A program made the translations under genes and the position numbers. Below the pieces are notes generated by a model. It ran no database searches. It was not told where the DNA came from and saw nothing but the letters and a program-made list of their open reading frames with translations. A stretch of DNA of 63,544 bases, filler included, from Reticulomyxa filosa (Eukaryota > Protista > Foraminifera), in assembly GCA_000512085.1 (NCBI GenBank). It is 25 parts of 25 records of this genome, joined end to end, with 100 filler letters (N's around TTAATTAATTAA, not from the genome) between each part and the next. Parts side by side here need not be neighbours in the genome. Positions count along the whole stretch, not along the records: positions 49,461 to 59,715 come from ASPP01022100.1; positions 59,816 to 61,771 come from ASPP01046734.1; positions 61,872 to 63,544 come from ASPP01025690.1; 22 more parts are not named here. One strand, given 5' to 3'. This document shows positions 50,214 through 63,073 of this stretch, piece by piece (positions within the stretch are counted from its first letter, which is position 1; each line of letters opens with the position of its first letter).

Positions 50214-53086
50214 AATAAATTTCAAGACGTTTAGGCACTGATTTCTCAAAATAAGAAAGATTTTGACAATGTTGGCTTTTTTTAGGTATTTAGACTAAAA
50301 GAAAGTTCATACTGAGATCCTCCGAAGTTCAATATTTAATGGAAGCGATGAAACATTTTTCCTGATATTGCAGGTTACAATTGCATAGTTATCTTTTGCA
50401 GAGCAATAAAATTTATAACGGTGTAAAAACCCAGAAACTCATTTGTTTAATATTTTTTAAAAGGCGAATGTTAGTCAAACATTTTCCTTTTCAAAGAGTA
50501 TCTATATTTTTTTCACTACTAATGTTCATTATCTGCAATTTTCAGTGAATATTCTAGTTTTAAAAAATTTGTCAAAACTGTGAACAAATAATAAAGGATA
50601 GAAAGCCGAAAGAAAATTACTTTATCACCAGAGTCACGACGCAGAAAAACAAACTAGAATTAATATTTTTAATACATTGAAGCGCTAAGATACTTCTGCA
50701 CTTTACAATTAATGTGATTGCTTCATCTTTTAAAAACTGAGATAATATTTGACATTGACAATGGCATGAATATAATTATCTTGAAAAGTATATTCTTGAC
50801 AGTTTGATATCTTACAAAAAGGAATGCTTTCGTTCAATATGTTGATATATTCTATCAGTTAAAAAAAGACATTAAAATATTTCTATCTTTTTACGTATTT
50901 TGTATTGATGAAAAAAAAAGAAATTGCTTTTTTGGAATAATAACATTTTGATAAAAATTGAAGTATAAAAAATATATCAAGAAATATCAATATATATTTA
51001 CTAAGCATATATGCCATTATGTGTAGAAAAAAATGATTGCTTTGCTGTGAATGAAAATGATGAATTACTGTATCAATTGGTTTTTTTGAATGTATTGCTC
51101 ATGATTACTGATAATTAATGCAATAACTTCTCACAAATCATTAAAAAAAATTACTTTCTTACATATTTGAATTCTTATTTTTCCGTAAGCGAAGCGTTTG
51201 TTACAATAACATGACATTATAATCCAATTTCAACAGTTAAAAGATTTGCTTCTGTGCAGCCTCAAAAAAAGTGCAATGATAGAGGGAAAAAAATGAAGAA
51301 ATAAAACAAACAGCGTTGGCTTTTACCTATAAAAAATGATAGTAAGATTTAAATCTTTGAAATGTTGCAAATGTGGGAAGGTTGGAATATTATTGAATAT
51401 ATTTAATGACATAGATAATGCTATTCTTTGCATTAGAGAATATTTTGTTCTATTTGTTTTCTCAAGAGTATCTGTGTATATAAAATAGAGTCATAAGATC
51501 GTAACGGTATAGCTCCAAAACCTGAGCACTTCCTATTTTTTTAAAGAGAGCAAATGAATAGTAACATTGCACATTAACTGTATCCAAAAAGAACATACGA
51601 AAAACATAAAAAAAGAAAATGCCTATCAAATGATAAAAATGTGGCATCAAAGTAGTAGCTAAACAATATTATAAATCCTGCTGATAGTATCTTTAGTTTT
51701 GAATCAACAAGCATTAAGTGCTGCTCACACTTTCTCCTACAAATACATCCCAATATATATAGTTTGTCCCGATTCCCACTTTTTCTTTTCTCCAATCCTT
51801 TTCCATTTTTTGCATTTTACTGGACATATTGTATGTGCCCAAAAACTCGCTCTATAAAATACACAACAAATTGTACTTATGTATTTTTCTCTCAAATACT
51901 CTCTGGGTTATAGTTTTATAACTGGCTCAGAAGACGTGTGTTTGTCTTTCTCCATTTTCTTTTTCCGCAATGTTTTGCGTTTCCTATGTAAAGTAGAGCA
52001 ACTTTAAAAAAATAATCGAGTGTCGACAAAAAAATATTCAAATTACAACGTAAAAAAGAAAAAACTTGTGTTTATTTCGTGGCCGTATTTTGGATTGGCA
52101 GTTCTTGCAACAAAATCCTTCATAAATCATTTTCCCTTCTTGTACCATTAAAGAGCAATAGATACACTTTCTTCCTTGTTTACAATTAGCATTCATACTT
52201 TTGATTTGGCTTTTGTTTTGTTGTTTTTTTAAGTCAATTGTTTTGACTGACTCAATCTATGGGCATTTCTAGCACACAAAAATATTATTTTAGAATACCT
52301 AAAGCGGGCCACTTCATCCGAAGATTTGTTTAGTATGACAGTACGATCAATCTTGTTTTGCTTTCTGTATTGTGCTGGGCGGTTGTTTTCTGTCCCCCAG
52401 CTGTCTCTCACAGGCCGACACCAATTATCTGAACAGGACATCTTACAACTTCCTTGAGTCCTTAATTATAAGCGCCAACACTGAACACAATTTTTGATTC
52501 CTTGGAAGCAATCTTTAGATTCTCAGAAAAGGAGTTTCGTGGGTAAAGGTTGGTAAGAAAAAAAGGTAAAATTTTTCTAAAAGAAGGTATTGTGATTTCT
52601 TTGCAAATTTGAAACTCGCAAACACACAACATCGCTGGGCGCATTTGTACACAAATTTGCATATGTATCGGAGACCGCACAGCAAGAACAGAACAAAACA
52701 AAAAACAACAGCCAAACAAGGTAAAAAAATTAAATTTTCAAAAAAAAAAGAAGACATATGACCATAGATTACAACACAACACAAACCAAATCACCAGAAT
52801 CTTGACAAAAAAATAGTTTTAGACACGCCCCCTAAAAATGTGTGTCACAGACTTTGTACAGTATATTTTCAAGGGTGATACATTTGTGTTGCCCTACTTT
52901 GCAAAAAGTCATTTCACAGTTTTAATTTTATGTTTCAAGCATCTTTGAAAAAATATATTGTATTTATTTTTCTTTGTTTATTTTTTGTTGTCATTTAGTA
53001 AGTTTTATTTTATTTTATTTGAGTTTATTTCATGGCTATTACATTGATTGTATTGATTTATTTATCGTTTTGAAAAGTAATTGAGC

Positions 53087-54988
53087 TTATCTACTCCCGA
53101 CAAGACCTCCACTTCGTTGTGAACCATATTGCAAAGATCTCCTTTTAACTCCAAACTTTTTCATGGTCGTTGTGTCAGCGCGTTTAGCAGTGGAGCGACT
53201 GGACGTGTTGCCACTAGCAGCGGGGCCCAAGAAGGAAGACGAAACAGGGTTCATTGGATTATGCATCCTTTTTCCAGAGTTTTGGTGTCGCAAAGTTCCG
53301 ATGGAAGAGTTGGTGATGGTCATGGGTGTGTTGGATCCTACGTCCACATTTCCAATCCACTGGCCTTCATTATTTGCGCTTCTCTCCGAGTTCCCAATGA
53401 TGTTATTATGATTGGTACTTCGGCCAGAGACTCCAATGAGACCATGACTGCTTCGTTTGGATCGATGCAAGCTTTTGTTGTTGTTCAAGGCACTATTGTT
53501 ATTGTTGTTGGCCAGGTCGTTGCCGCCGCCACCACCATTCATGGAAGATGGCTCTTGGTCCACTTCATTCATATACTTTCTCTCCATCTCGATTTCATCC
53601 ACGACAGCCAAGACTAAGCCAAAGAACAAATTGGTGAAAATCAAGGTGACAATAAACATGAAGCTCATAAAAAAGAATCCCCAGGCAAAGTTATTTGTAG
53701 CCACAATCGTTTCGTTCATGATGTTGTTCCAGCCCTCGCTGACAAGCATTTGGAACAAGGACAGCCACGCCTGGCCGACTGAGGAAAAGCCAAAATACAC
53801 AAACGAGGACGGAGTCAGGGATAAGTACTCGATTTGATTCCCCACCAAGGCTGTTCCGAATACTGCGTAAACATAGAACACTAACAACATGAGCACAAAG
53901 AGACTGGAGAATCTCGGGATGACTTTGAACACAGTATACACGGCGGCACGCGTGGTACGGATTAAAGTGAACATTCGAAACAAAGGGAAAATCATTGGAA
54001 GACGGATCCAAAAGTCTTTTTTATTGGTGTTGAGATAAAAGTTTTTGCCATAGGCCGCTCGGGTGACACAGAACAAGATGACGGAGACGAGCACGATGAC
54101 GAGATCAAAGCGATGGGCAAATTGGCGGTGCAATAATTCCAACGGGTCGTCTTTTCGAGGAGGGCCATACATCATTCCATTGCGCGTGATATCACCCACA
54201 CGGATGAAAGATGAGCTGGTAATTCCAGGATTGAGCAAAGGAGTGGTCTGTGGAAGAAATCCAGTACTGGCATTGCCACTGCTGCGGGGTTGCCAGATAA
54301 CGACATTGGATGGAACGAATGGCCACTGTTTTGACTAAATTTCATTTGATCGTCTTGCACCAATGCAGGCACACTTGTCGGGATTGGTATTAATGGAATG
54401 ACACGACATTTGCTGATGTTCCAGTAATAATCCCATCCATACACGACCAACTTGATAAATACATCAGACCCGTTTAATAGCACGCATATCCCCAACATGA
54501 TATCCAACATATTTAACGATAATAGGCCGGGGTACGTGCCATACATCATTAGCAACATGACTTCGGTCAATATGATCACCAACACGGCTTGATTGAATGA
54601 GTTCTTTTCAATGATCGATTTTCGGAGCCAACTGCGCAGCGAATCATCCTCGACAATATCCGTGACAGTAGGTTTATTGTACAGCCTTTCCAAATGTAAT
54701 ACGAATTCGTTAATTTCGATTTGATCATCGCCGTCGTCGTCGAGACTATCAAAGCCTTGCAATCCGCGCACCAATTCCTTTGCTTCCTTCCCGGGAATGC
54801 GTTTCAAATAGCTAATAAACGATTCAAACTCGGTTCTGGACACCACATTATCATTGTCCAAATTTACCAAGCAAAACGCTGCTATGAACCCAGTGCGTTT
54901 GAAAAATTTGCGTCGCTCTCTTTCATCACTATTGATAGCACTAAATCCTATACAACATTTATGTTGCAAATATACAATATATTTATAC

Positions 54989-55022
<34 letters not shown>

Positions 55023-58000
55023 TGGATATCAAATACAAAATACTATTCTATTGCATACCCTCTTGGAATTTAGACACGACTAATGGAATAACAATAAAGG
55101 TCCCTGCGATGGTCAATAGGATAAAGTAAAAGATGAAACCTTGCGACCTGGCGACGGCGGCGTATACAACGGCTTCGTAATTTTCACCCGAGATCATGAA
55201 CACAAAGCTTTGCATCATGGAGCGAATAAAATTATAAAAGGACTGAAGGTTGGAATACTCTAAGAAAATGCCGAATCGGAAGATTAGAGTCCCCGTAACG
55301 GCGGCGATAGCCCACACCACAAAGTACAACACGACACCATCTCTGGCCTCGTACATGGTCAAAAGAAAGGCATACAAAGCACCAAGCAATGTATCATTGG
55401 CCAGAATCAAAATAAACGGCCGCACATCAAAGTACCCGGACAGGACAAAGTACGAAGCGTGCGCGACAATGACGTCCAAGATGACAAGGACAATGAGGAT
55501 AACGCGGAAGACAAACACACGCATTTGTTGTCCGGGAGATATCAACGAATTGGCCTCATTGTCTTGCCAGCGGAATTGAATTAGTCCAGTCATCCAAATG
55601 TCCAATATTTCGACAAACACGAACAGGAATTCGGCTGTTAAAATCCCGGTGCTATAGCCATGATGTTTGCGCAATGTCTCTCGACTGTAAGGTTTCCAAA
55701 AAGCTAAAAACAAGTGAGCGATCATGACACAATGGAAAAACGTGAACCAAATCTTGCTCGAATGGAACGTATACAAAGTCAAGCGGTGCCACGAATGGCG
55801 ACCAATCTGTTCCATTTGCACCACGGTGATAATGTTTAATCCCTGTTTGGCCTGTTTGATATGGTTTAAAGCTCGTTTGTGATAATGGTCCAACATGTCT
55901 TGTCTCGATGTCGGGTTATTCCTCGTCGTGTCATGCTCGCGCAGCCAACTCTGCAGACATGCGTCACGCACTGACTGTCGAATATTTTCGCAAATGAATT
56001 CTAGCACATTTGTGTCTGAATTGATTGCCCATCCATCGCTTTCTGTTTTTTTCGCGTTTTCATTCTCCACACCGCCGTTCGGATCCGCGACACTGTTGCG
56101 AAGCGTCCCACTGTTGCCTTGCTGCTGCTTTTTAGGTGAAGATACTGCAGGGGGGATTAAGGCGCTGACCAAAGGCAAATTTGATGGGCGCTCTTGATCT
56201 TGATCTTGCTCTTGCTCTTGTTCTTGTTCTTGTTCTTGTTCTTGTTCTTGTTCTTGCTGTTGTCGTACTAACTGCTTCTCTTCCGACAAAAATCGCATCA
56301 ACTGACGCTCCTCTTGGGCGAATATTTCGTCCTCATTCATTCCGTGATAGTGTCCGGAGAAGTCGTCCATCCCACTCCACCCGTATTTCTTGTTCAGCCA
56401 CATCAAGTATTCATCTTCCCACTGCTCTATTGTTGATTCGAAATTACGTCGACTCACTGCGTAAATATACGCTAAAATCTTAATTAATTATTTATTTATT
56501 TGTTTGTTTGTTTGTTTACATAAATAAATAAATCAACCAATCAATAAAATGTGTGAATGTGTGTGTGTGTGCCATTCGACTTACAATCAAAACTCCAGCG
56601 ATGGAAATGATGCCCAAAGCTGCATATTGCTCAAAGTCCCCACTAAACACTTGCTGTGACAAGCTGAATACCAGAATCCAGTCCAATTTGGTCCAATAGA
56701 TGCAGTTGGTAATGCTGGACTTATCGCTGCAGTTGCATTTGGTAATGTTAGACTCGCCGTTGAACACGTATACGCCAATGGCGGGATAGCCGAATATCTG
56801 CTTGAGAGTTGAGAAATGGTCTGGCATGGGTATTTGATTGGGCGACGACTGGATCAAGTATTGCGTAACAGACGAGATGGTGGTATCGTTAACGTCTTCG
56901 GCCTGCGTAACGTAGGAAATGGTATCGGAATATGGGGACAGTGCGGTGGAGGTTAAGTTTGACTTGTCGTTTCGATCAAGTACCATTTGGGGGAATTCGA
57001 TATATTGTAATATCTACAATTGCATCGTGCATTGGTCATGGCGAACAAGGAAAAGTTTAAGTACGACATGGTCACGGTCTTATTGGGACGGTGAAGCTTT
57101 TGCAATGTGGCGAGTTTACTTGGATTCCAAATATGGTCGTGGACAATATTGGAAACATTTCGAAAGGAGAGCAAGACGCCAATGAAATTTGTGCTGGAAA
57201 TTTTATACAGCCCTAGGTAACAAACAGTCGCGCCGCGGAAGCACGAGTAAGGCTTTGACCATGCCACCATAACTTCTTTGTCAGTGAAGTAGTCGATCAA
57301 TTCGAACGTGGCTTTGAACGTCACACAGTCTCGAATCTTGCTGTTCGTGGATGAAACTTTCCACCACAAGCACTTGTCGTTACTCACACCTGTGGACAAT
57401 TGCAAGTTAGTGTCATTCGCGAACGCATATCCCTGCGTAAATTTGTAGCTGGTCGTGTTTTCCACTCTCACCACACCCAACACCTTATAGCTTTCCCAAA
57501 ACGTAAACAAGTCACTGTTATCTGTCTTATTCGCCACATACATCTTTTTAAAGTTTTGCAACATCAAACGGCCTTTCAAGTATTCGTATTCCATTCCTAA
57601 TTCGCCAATGCTCGTAGCAATGGACATATAGTTTTGCCTCATTTCTTTGATCGCGTTCGACGCCAGCGATCGACACCCGGTATAACTCAAGCCAATGCAT
57701 ACCAATACCAAAATCGCCAGTATTGTTTGTGCTCGCGAGGCATACACACCCCATTTGGTCTGCCATTGACTCAATTCGCGGTTAAATATAGATCGCATCA
57801 ATTGTCGCTTGATATTCGACTGCAGATGTTTTTTCTGCTCTTCCTTTTTCCAATTTCGAATGTGCTGTCTCACCTGCTTCGCCGACATTTTATCCACACG
57901 CTGTTTCGCCGCCATCACATCTGCCGTTCTCGCACGTCGCAACATCGGACCCTGTTCTTCGGTCGCCGTTGACTCTTCTTTTTTTATCGCTTTCGCCAAC

Positions 58001-59698
58001 TGTGGGCCCGTAAGTAATACTTCCCCACTCGTCACATCTTCATCATCATCATCGTCATCATCGTTATCATCATCATTATTGTTATCATCATCATTATCAT
58101 CGTTTCTCTTTTTGCTATTGTGGTTATCGTCATTGGTATTATATTCATCATCGTCAAATTCATATTCCTTCTCTTTCTCATTTCTGTCATTCAAGTCCAG
58201 CAATAGATTCAGTCGAGGTTGTTCTTCCATGTTCTGCAACACCTCTATTTTTTTTTTGTCCAGCTCCGAAGGATGCGTACTTCCTATGGAATGTCTTCGA
58301 GGTGTTGTTTTGTTGCTTGAAACGTTACCACCAGTATTTTTTTCATCCGCATCATTTGCATTTGCATTTGCATTGGCATTGTCTTTATTCTTGTCGCTGG
58401 CATCGCCATTGATATTGTTGTCTCCATCAGTGGCCGACTTTTGTAATGATACCAGTTCCACTTGTTGTTGTACGGCGTAGGAGTTGGGATTGACGGATGC
58501 CATGTCGTTCTTGTCAATGGTCCTGGTGTAGCGCAGATCCCGAATTTGCGACAGCAGTTGATCCTTCTGTTGTTTAGCCTTCACCATAATATCCTTCACG
58601 ATCGCCGCGTCCGGGCCTTTGTTTCCTGTCTCCTCGTAAATGGTCGCAAAGAACGGATGAAGGCGATACCGTTCGTCAGAGGGGATAACGGGTACCGCCT
58701 GGCCAACGAAGCCGACGATGATGGCGAGGAGACAACCTAAGCCTGTCAGCACAACGACGACAGAGAAAGCGTTATTGGCGTTTTGGTTGACGGCATCCAA
58801 GGGATAGACGATAACACACCAAAAGCATAGTCCTTTGCCAAGGTTAACTCTTCGCGTGTACATAGAATATTGTTGATCGTAGTGCAATTGGCCGCTCGTC
58901 TTGTCGAGATATTTACGTCGACTTTTGAAGTCTCCAATGGTCTGTGCAATTGCTTTGGAGTACGATGTCTTGTTTGCATCTTCATGGTTGTCACTAAACG
59001 TGGTGCCACTACTGTTCAGACTGATATTGCTGTTCTCACTGCTGTGCGACGAGATTTGATAGCCCTGCTCGTAGGTCGAACTGACAAACACATCGGCATA
59101 ATCGTCGTCGCTGACCCAATACACGACTGCATCAAAGTGTAAATCCAGCGAATGATACTTTGCGTCGATCTGCGAGGAACGCATCACAACGACGGTGGTT
59201 CGATTCTGCTCCTCGTAGTATCGAAATCGCGAGATCCATATGCTAGGCGATCTCCCACGCAATTGTATGTCGTTAAACCAATACAAACGTGTGCCATTCT
59301 TGGACTTCTGGCTATACGACCATATATCGTTCAAAATGTTGGCCAAAGAGGACTTGAGTTGGGCCCCGTTATTCCGATACTCTTGACAAGACAAGCCTTG
59401 AGACAGGTTGCCATTGCAAGCAATTATTGATGTATTTTCTATCACAATGCCATCTACGTGCACTATTCCATTGTTATTCACCAAATCAAATATTCCGTCG
59501 ATTGTCGGCTTCACAATCGTGGATTGAAAGTAGTAATTGTACAACTCACTCGTGTTATCCGATGACATCTTCTCTGCGAAATCCAAAAATCGATCGCTCA
59601 CAAAAAACAACTGTTCCGCGATCAGTTTTGCAGAGTCGCCTAACACCGCATCGCCCATGTTCATCAGGCCTTTTACCGTTGCGTACAATGGCAAGCTC
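53087..59698 (-). CDS. Two-pore channel (2x6TM, EF-hand linker) fused to two N-terminal TM-anchored dCache-like extracellular modules; 5'-truncated
   Basis: Five ORFs join through intron 56479-56584 (in-frame GVLI|ILAYIYAV), intron 54948-55058 (FQEG|FSAI) and two single-base frame changes (about 56955 and about 54287). Pore I is MISGENYEAVV and pore II is FQMLVSEGWNNIM. EF-hands are NLDNDNVVSRTEF and DDDGDDQIEINEF. Sensor motifs are RLYWF..WISRF, AWSKPY, FIGV, WCVIVYP and LDWILVF. Confidence 0.8.
56195..56260 (-). repeat. (CAAGAA/CAAGAG)n hexamer repeat encoding poly-QE
   Basis: QEQEQEQEQEQEQEQEQDQDQE in ORF 55048..56457. Confidence 0.9.
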
Positions 59699-59815
59699 CT
59701 TTTTTTTTAAAATTCNNNNNNNNNNNNNNNNNNNNNNNNNNNNNNNNNNNNNNNNNNNNTTAATTAATTAANNNNNNNNNNNNNNNNNNNNNNNNNNNNN
59801 NNNNNNNNNNNNNNN

Positions 59816-60684
59816 TAATTGTTGAACGACGAAGCACTCCAATATTGGAATATGGTCAATCAGACACATCCAAATATTTTGATTTGGCTGCTATTGAAAA
59901 TGATATTTATCATACTTTTATTCATGGTCGACAACAAATTACATTTGTTATTCCTTTATTCGAATATCGCAATGAATTTGATATTTGCAATTGCATTACA
60001 ACCATTGAAACCAAATATGAAGTTCTCAAATGTGCTCAATTTCAATCATTTTGGGACAGCTTAAGTTTATCGATTGCTTCTCCTTTGCAAAAACAAAGAG
60101 CATTGGAAATGATCAATGATGCCATTGTTTATTCATTTCAACACATCAACGAAATCAAAATGGAAACAGAATTAACTGAATTGTTTACAAATTTACAATT
60201 TGAAAGAAAAGATTGGATTTTGTTTTCAAAACAAGTACATACCAATGATAGAACTAATCAATTACGTGTTGAACATATTGGAGTATTGTGGCGTCAATTA
60301 AACAATTTAGTTCAATCAGGACATTTGGATGAAAGTTCGATCACTCCATTTGTCCTTAATATTTATCAACGGGCATTACCTAATGAAATCCAATCACAAA
60401 TTAAAGATTTTGTGAAGAGGACATCATTGGGAACAATGAAAGATATATTAAAGGCGTGGCGTGAAGTAGCTTATAAACAAGGACAGATTAAACGAGATGA
60501 AAACTCTCAATTTGGTCATTTGTTGGAACAACATCTCGACAATCTATTAGAATATTTTCCACATCAACCATTGACATGGAGTTATTGTGCTGCTGCATAT
60601 AAATGTGCATATCAAGAATGGAAAAAACAAGACCAACAATCAACTTCGTTGCTTACTAAAATTAAGGACGTCTTCTTTTTCTAA
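59816..60684 (+). CDS. RNF213: RNF213-like protein, C-terminal domain (5'-truncated)
   Basis: EYGQ...FDLAAIENDIYHTFIHGRQQI...LFEYRNE, EHIGVLWRQL, PF..IYQRALP and YFPHQPLTWSYCAAAY parallel the RNF213 C-terminus (FDLEKIQ...F.QGKP.L, H.IALW..L, FP..I....C....). Confidence 0.75.
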
Positions 60685-61156
60685 AAACAATGGATTTCAT
60701 TTTATTATGTAAAGAAATGAGTATTTGTGCGAATTTCTAACAAGATAAAAGTCCACTTTTTGAATTTCTGTAATTGGCTTTATCATTCTTAAATGAAACA
60801 TACGCAAGCCTTTATAGCACTGGCTGCGACTAGATATGTCTTGTAGGTGTTGATGATATTTCTGTCTATCTCTGCTTCAACAAGCACTTTAGAAAATTTT
60901 TTACAAATGAGCGTTTTTCAAATTTTTTTTATATGGAGGATATGTTCCGGTGGCCAATGCTTTTAAATATTCATCCATTTTATAAATAATGTTTTAATTT
61001 AAATCCTTTGTTTCAATTGCGAAATTAATTTACCATCTTACTAAAAGAACGTGCCAATTTGTTCAAAAAGAGAAAGGAACCAGTAAAATTTTTTCAGTTC
61101 AAAAGTAAAATTTGAATTTTGATCCATTAAGACAAAAACAAAAAAAGACACTTGAA

Positions 61157-61771
61157 ATGTCTTCTTGGATAGTCTTTGTTACAATTGAGTCGAAGAAATA
61201 TCAAATTGAATTGACAACATTGACAATAGAATATTTGAGTCAACAAGTCGTCAAAGTAAGCAAGGAAGACCAACAAGGAAATATATTAGTTAAGATTACC
61301 AGTGGCAACAATTGCGACGTTACAACAGACGAGGAGCTTAAAAAAATGGCTGAAAGTGAGCAGATTGATTTGGTTGCTTGCTTTCGTCCAGGTTACTCTA
61401 TTGTATGTTATTTCCTAACATATGTGCCAATATTCTAAGCAAAAAAAAAAATGTTATTAGAAGGACTTCCGAACAAAGATGTAGCCCTACAAAAAATAAG
61501 GAATCCACTTGTGCTATTGGCCAGTGCGATACAATATGAACAACAGCCATACTTGACAGAGGCAAAACAAGATCTCCATATATTAAAGTCACTTTTTGAA
61601 CGAAGATTTGGTTATCAAGTGTTTAGTATTTTTCCGAACAACGAATCATTAACATTGGATAATTTACATAACTTCATTGTGCAACATTGTTCGAATTTAG
61701 CAGAAAATCTTGATAAAACATTTTATGACGGGTTGATTTTTGTGTGGTGTGGACGTGGAATTGTCGAAGAT
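61157..61771 (+). CDS. Beta-grasp (PB1-like) domain + caspase-like (peptidase C14) domain protein, 3'-truncated
   Basis: Exon 61157-61391 splices in frame (intron 61392-61460) to NPLVLLASAIQYE...L..AKQDL..LKSLF...FGYQV...YDGLIFVWCGRG, the caspase p20 pattern. The canonical HG is RG here. Confidence 0.75.
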
Positions 61772-61871
61772 NNNNNNNNNNNNNNNNNNNNNNNNNNNNN
61801 NNNNNNNNNNNNNNNTTAATTAATTAANNNNNNNNNNNNNNNNNNNNNNNNNNNNNNNNNNNNNNNNNNNN

Positions 61872-62039
61872 GACGACGACGACCATCGATCGCCTCGATT
61901 GCTCTGTTTTGCTTGAGTAGAGGCAGAGACAGAAGAGGTTGTTGAGGAAGCAGAAGAAGAGTCTGCTGTCGTAGGAATAGATGATGATACTGTGGTGGAC
62001 CTTCGATTGGGAAGTGAAGAGGTCGTTGTCATTGATGAC

Positions 62040-62073
<34 letters not shown>

Positions 62074-62818
62074 GTGTTACAGTTAAAATAGATGTCGACG
62101 AGGAATTTGCATATGGAGATGTGGCGAATACGTGATGATAGATGGCGGAACAGTCACAACTAAAACCATTTTCGTGACGGTATTTGTGAACCTTGTGCAG
62201 CAACATCCCTGTCACGTTGACGTCGTTTTGACGAAGCTCGTTCAATGTCAGCGTTGCATTGACTAAACTGCCTTTCGATTGCGATTGCAATGGCAATGGC
62301 GTTTTGATCCGCTGGTTCAATAAACGAATGTGGAAAGGATCACTCAACAGCAAGTAGTCACTCACGATTTTGTCAAATAATGCCTGCTTGTTCAAGTTTC
62401 GTAGTGTGGTTATATCCAATAACTGCTCTGATTTTTTATTCGATAATTGCACTGGTTTTTTATTCATCGTTTCATTCGGATTATTGTTATTATTATTGTT
62501 ATTATTATTATTGTTGTTGCTATTATTTATGTTGATGCTGGACACATTGTCGGAACTGCTCGGTACACTCGGCCCTGTATTCACAGAGATCTTTGCCTGT
62601 CTCAACTGCTCGCTAAGGTCGTGAATTTGTCGCTGTGCTTGCTGCAACAGTGACTGCAATATTGATATGTGGTCCTCCAATTCCTGGATTTTCGCTTGGT
62701 CTTTGCCATGTCGAGCAACCCAATACTTTTCCAACGATAAATGTCGGCCTCGCAATAACGAGTAACGCGTTGCTAATGACAAGGTATCCGTCTGTGGTAA
62801 AGGTTGAGAATGAGACAT
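61872..62818 (-). CDS. Hypothetical coiled-coil protein with poly-N and poly-S tracts, 3'-truncated
   Basis: Open frame of more than 300 aa with a heptad region (IQELEDHISILQSLLQQAQRQIHDLSEQL) and low-complexity runs. Confidence 0.6.
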
Positions 62819-63073
62819 GATCAAAGCCTTTTTTCAGTACATAAGCGTCCGTTTTCCCTCCTGCTTTCTTTTTTTTTAAAAAAAAATTGATCCTCATTGT
62901 CAATCTTTCTTTTTCTCAAGCCACTTCTACTTTCATTTGCCATACATTTACGTCTGACTGTTCAAACGGCAAGCTTAACTTCGTAGAGGACTCTCAAGTC
63001 CCTTCAAAACTTCTTTATTTGGAAGAATTTTGTAGTGAGTGGGAGTATCTTCGATTAACGAATTGAAAAAAAA

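Noticed and set aside
40059-60684. Treating the two RNF213-like fragments, serpin and channel as one gene cluster
   Set aside because: They lie on different contigs, and order in the window is arbitrary.
2097-61871. Regularly recurring TTAATTAATTAA flanked by N runs as a repeat array or CRISPR
   Set aside because: Constant 44+12+44 structure with six-frame stops marks a synthetic contig joiner.
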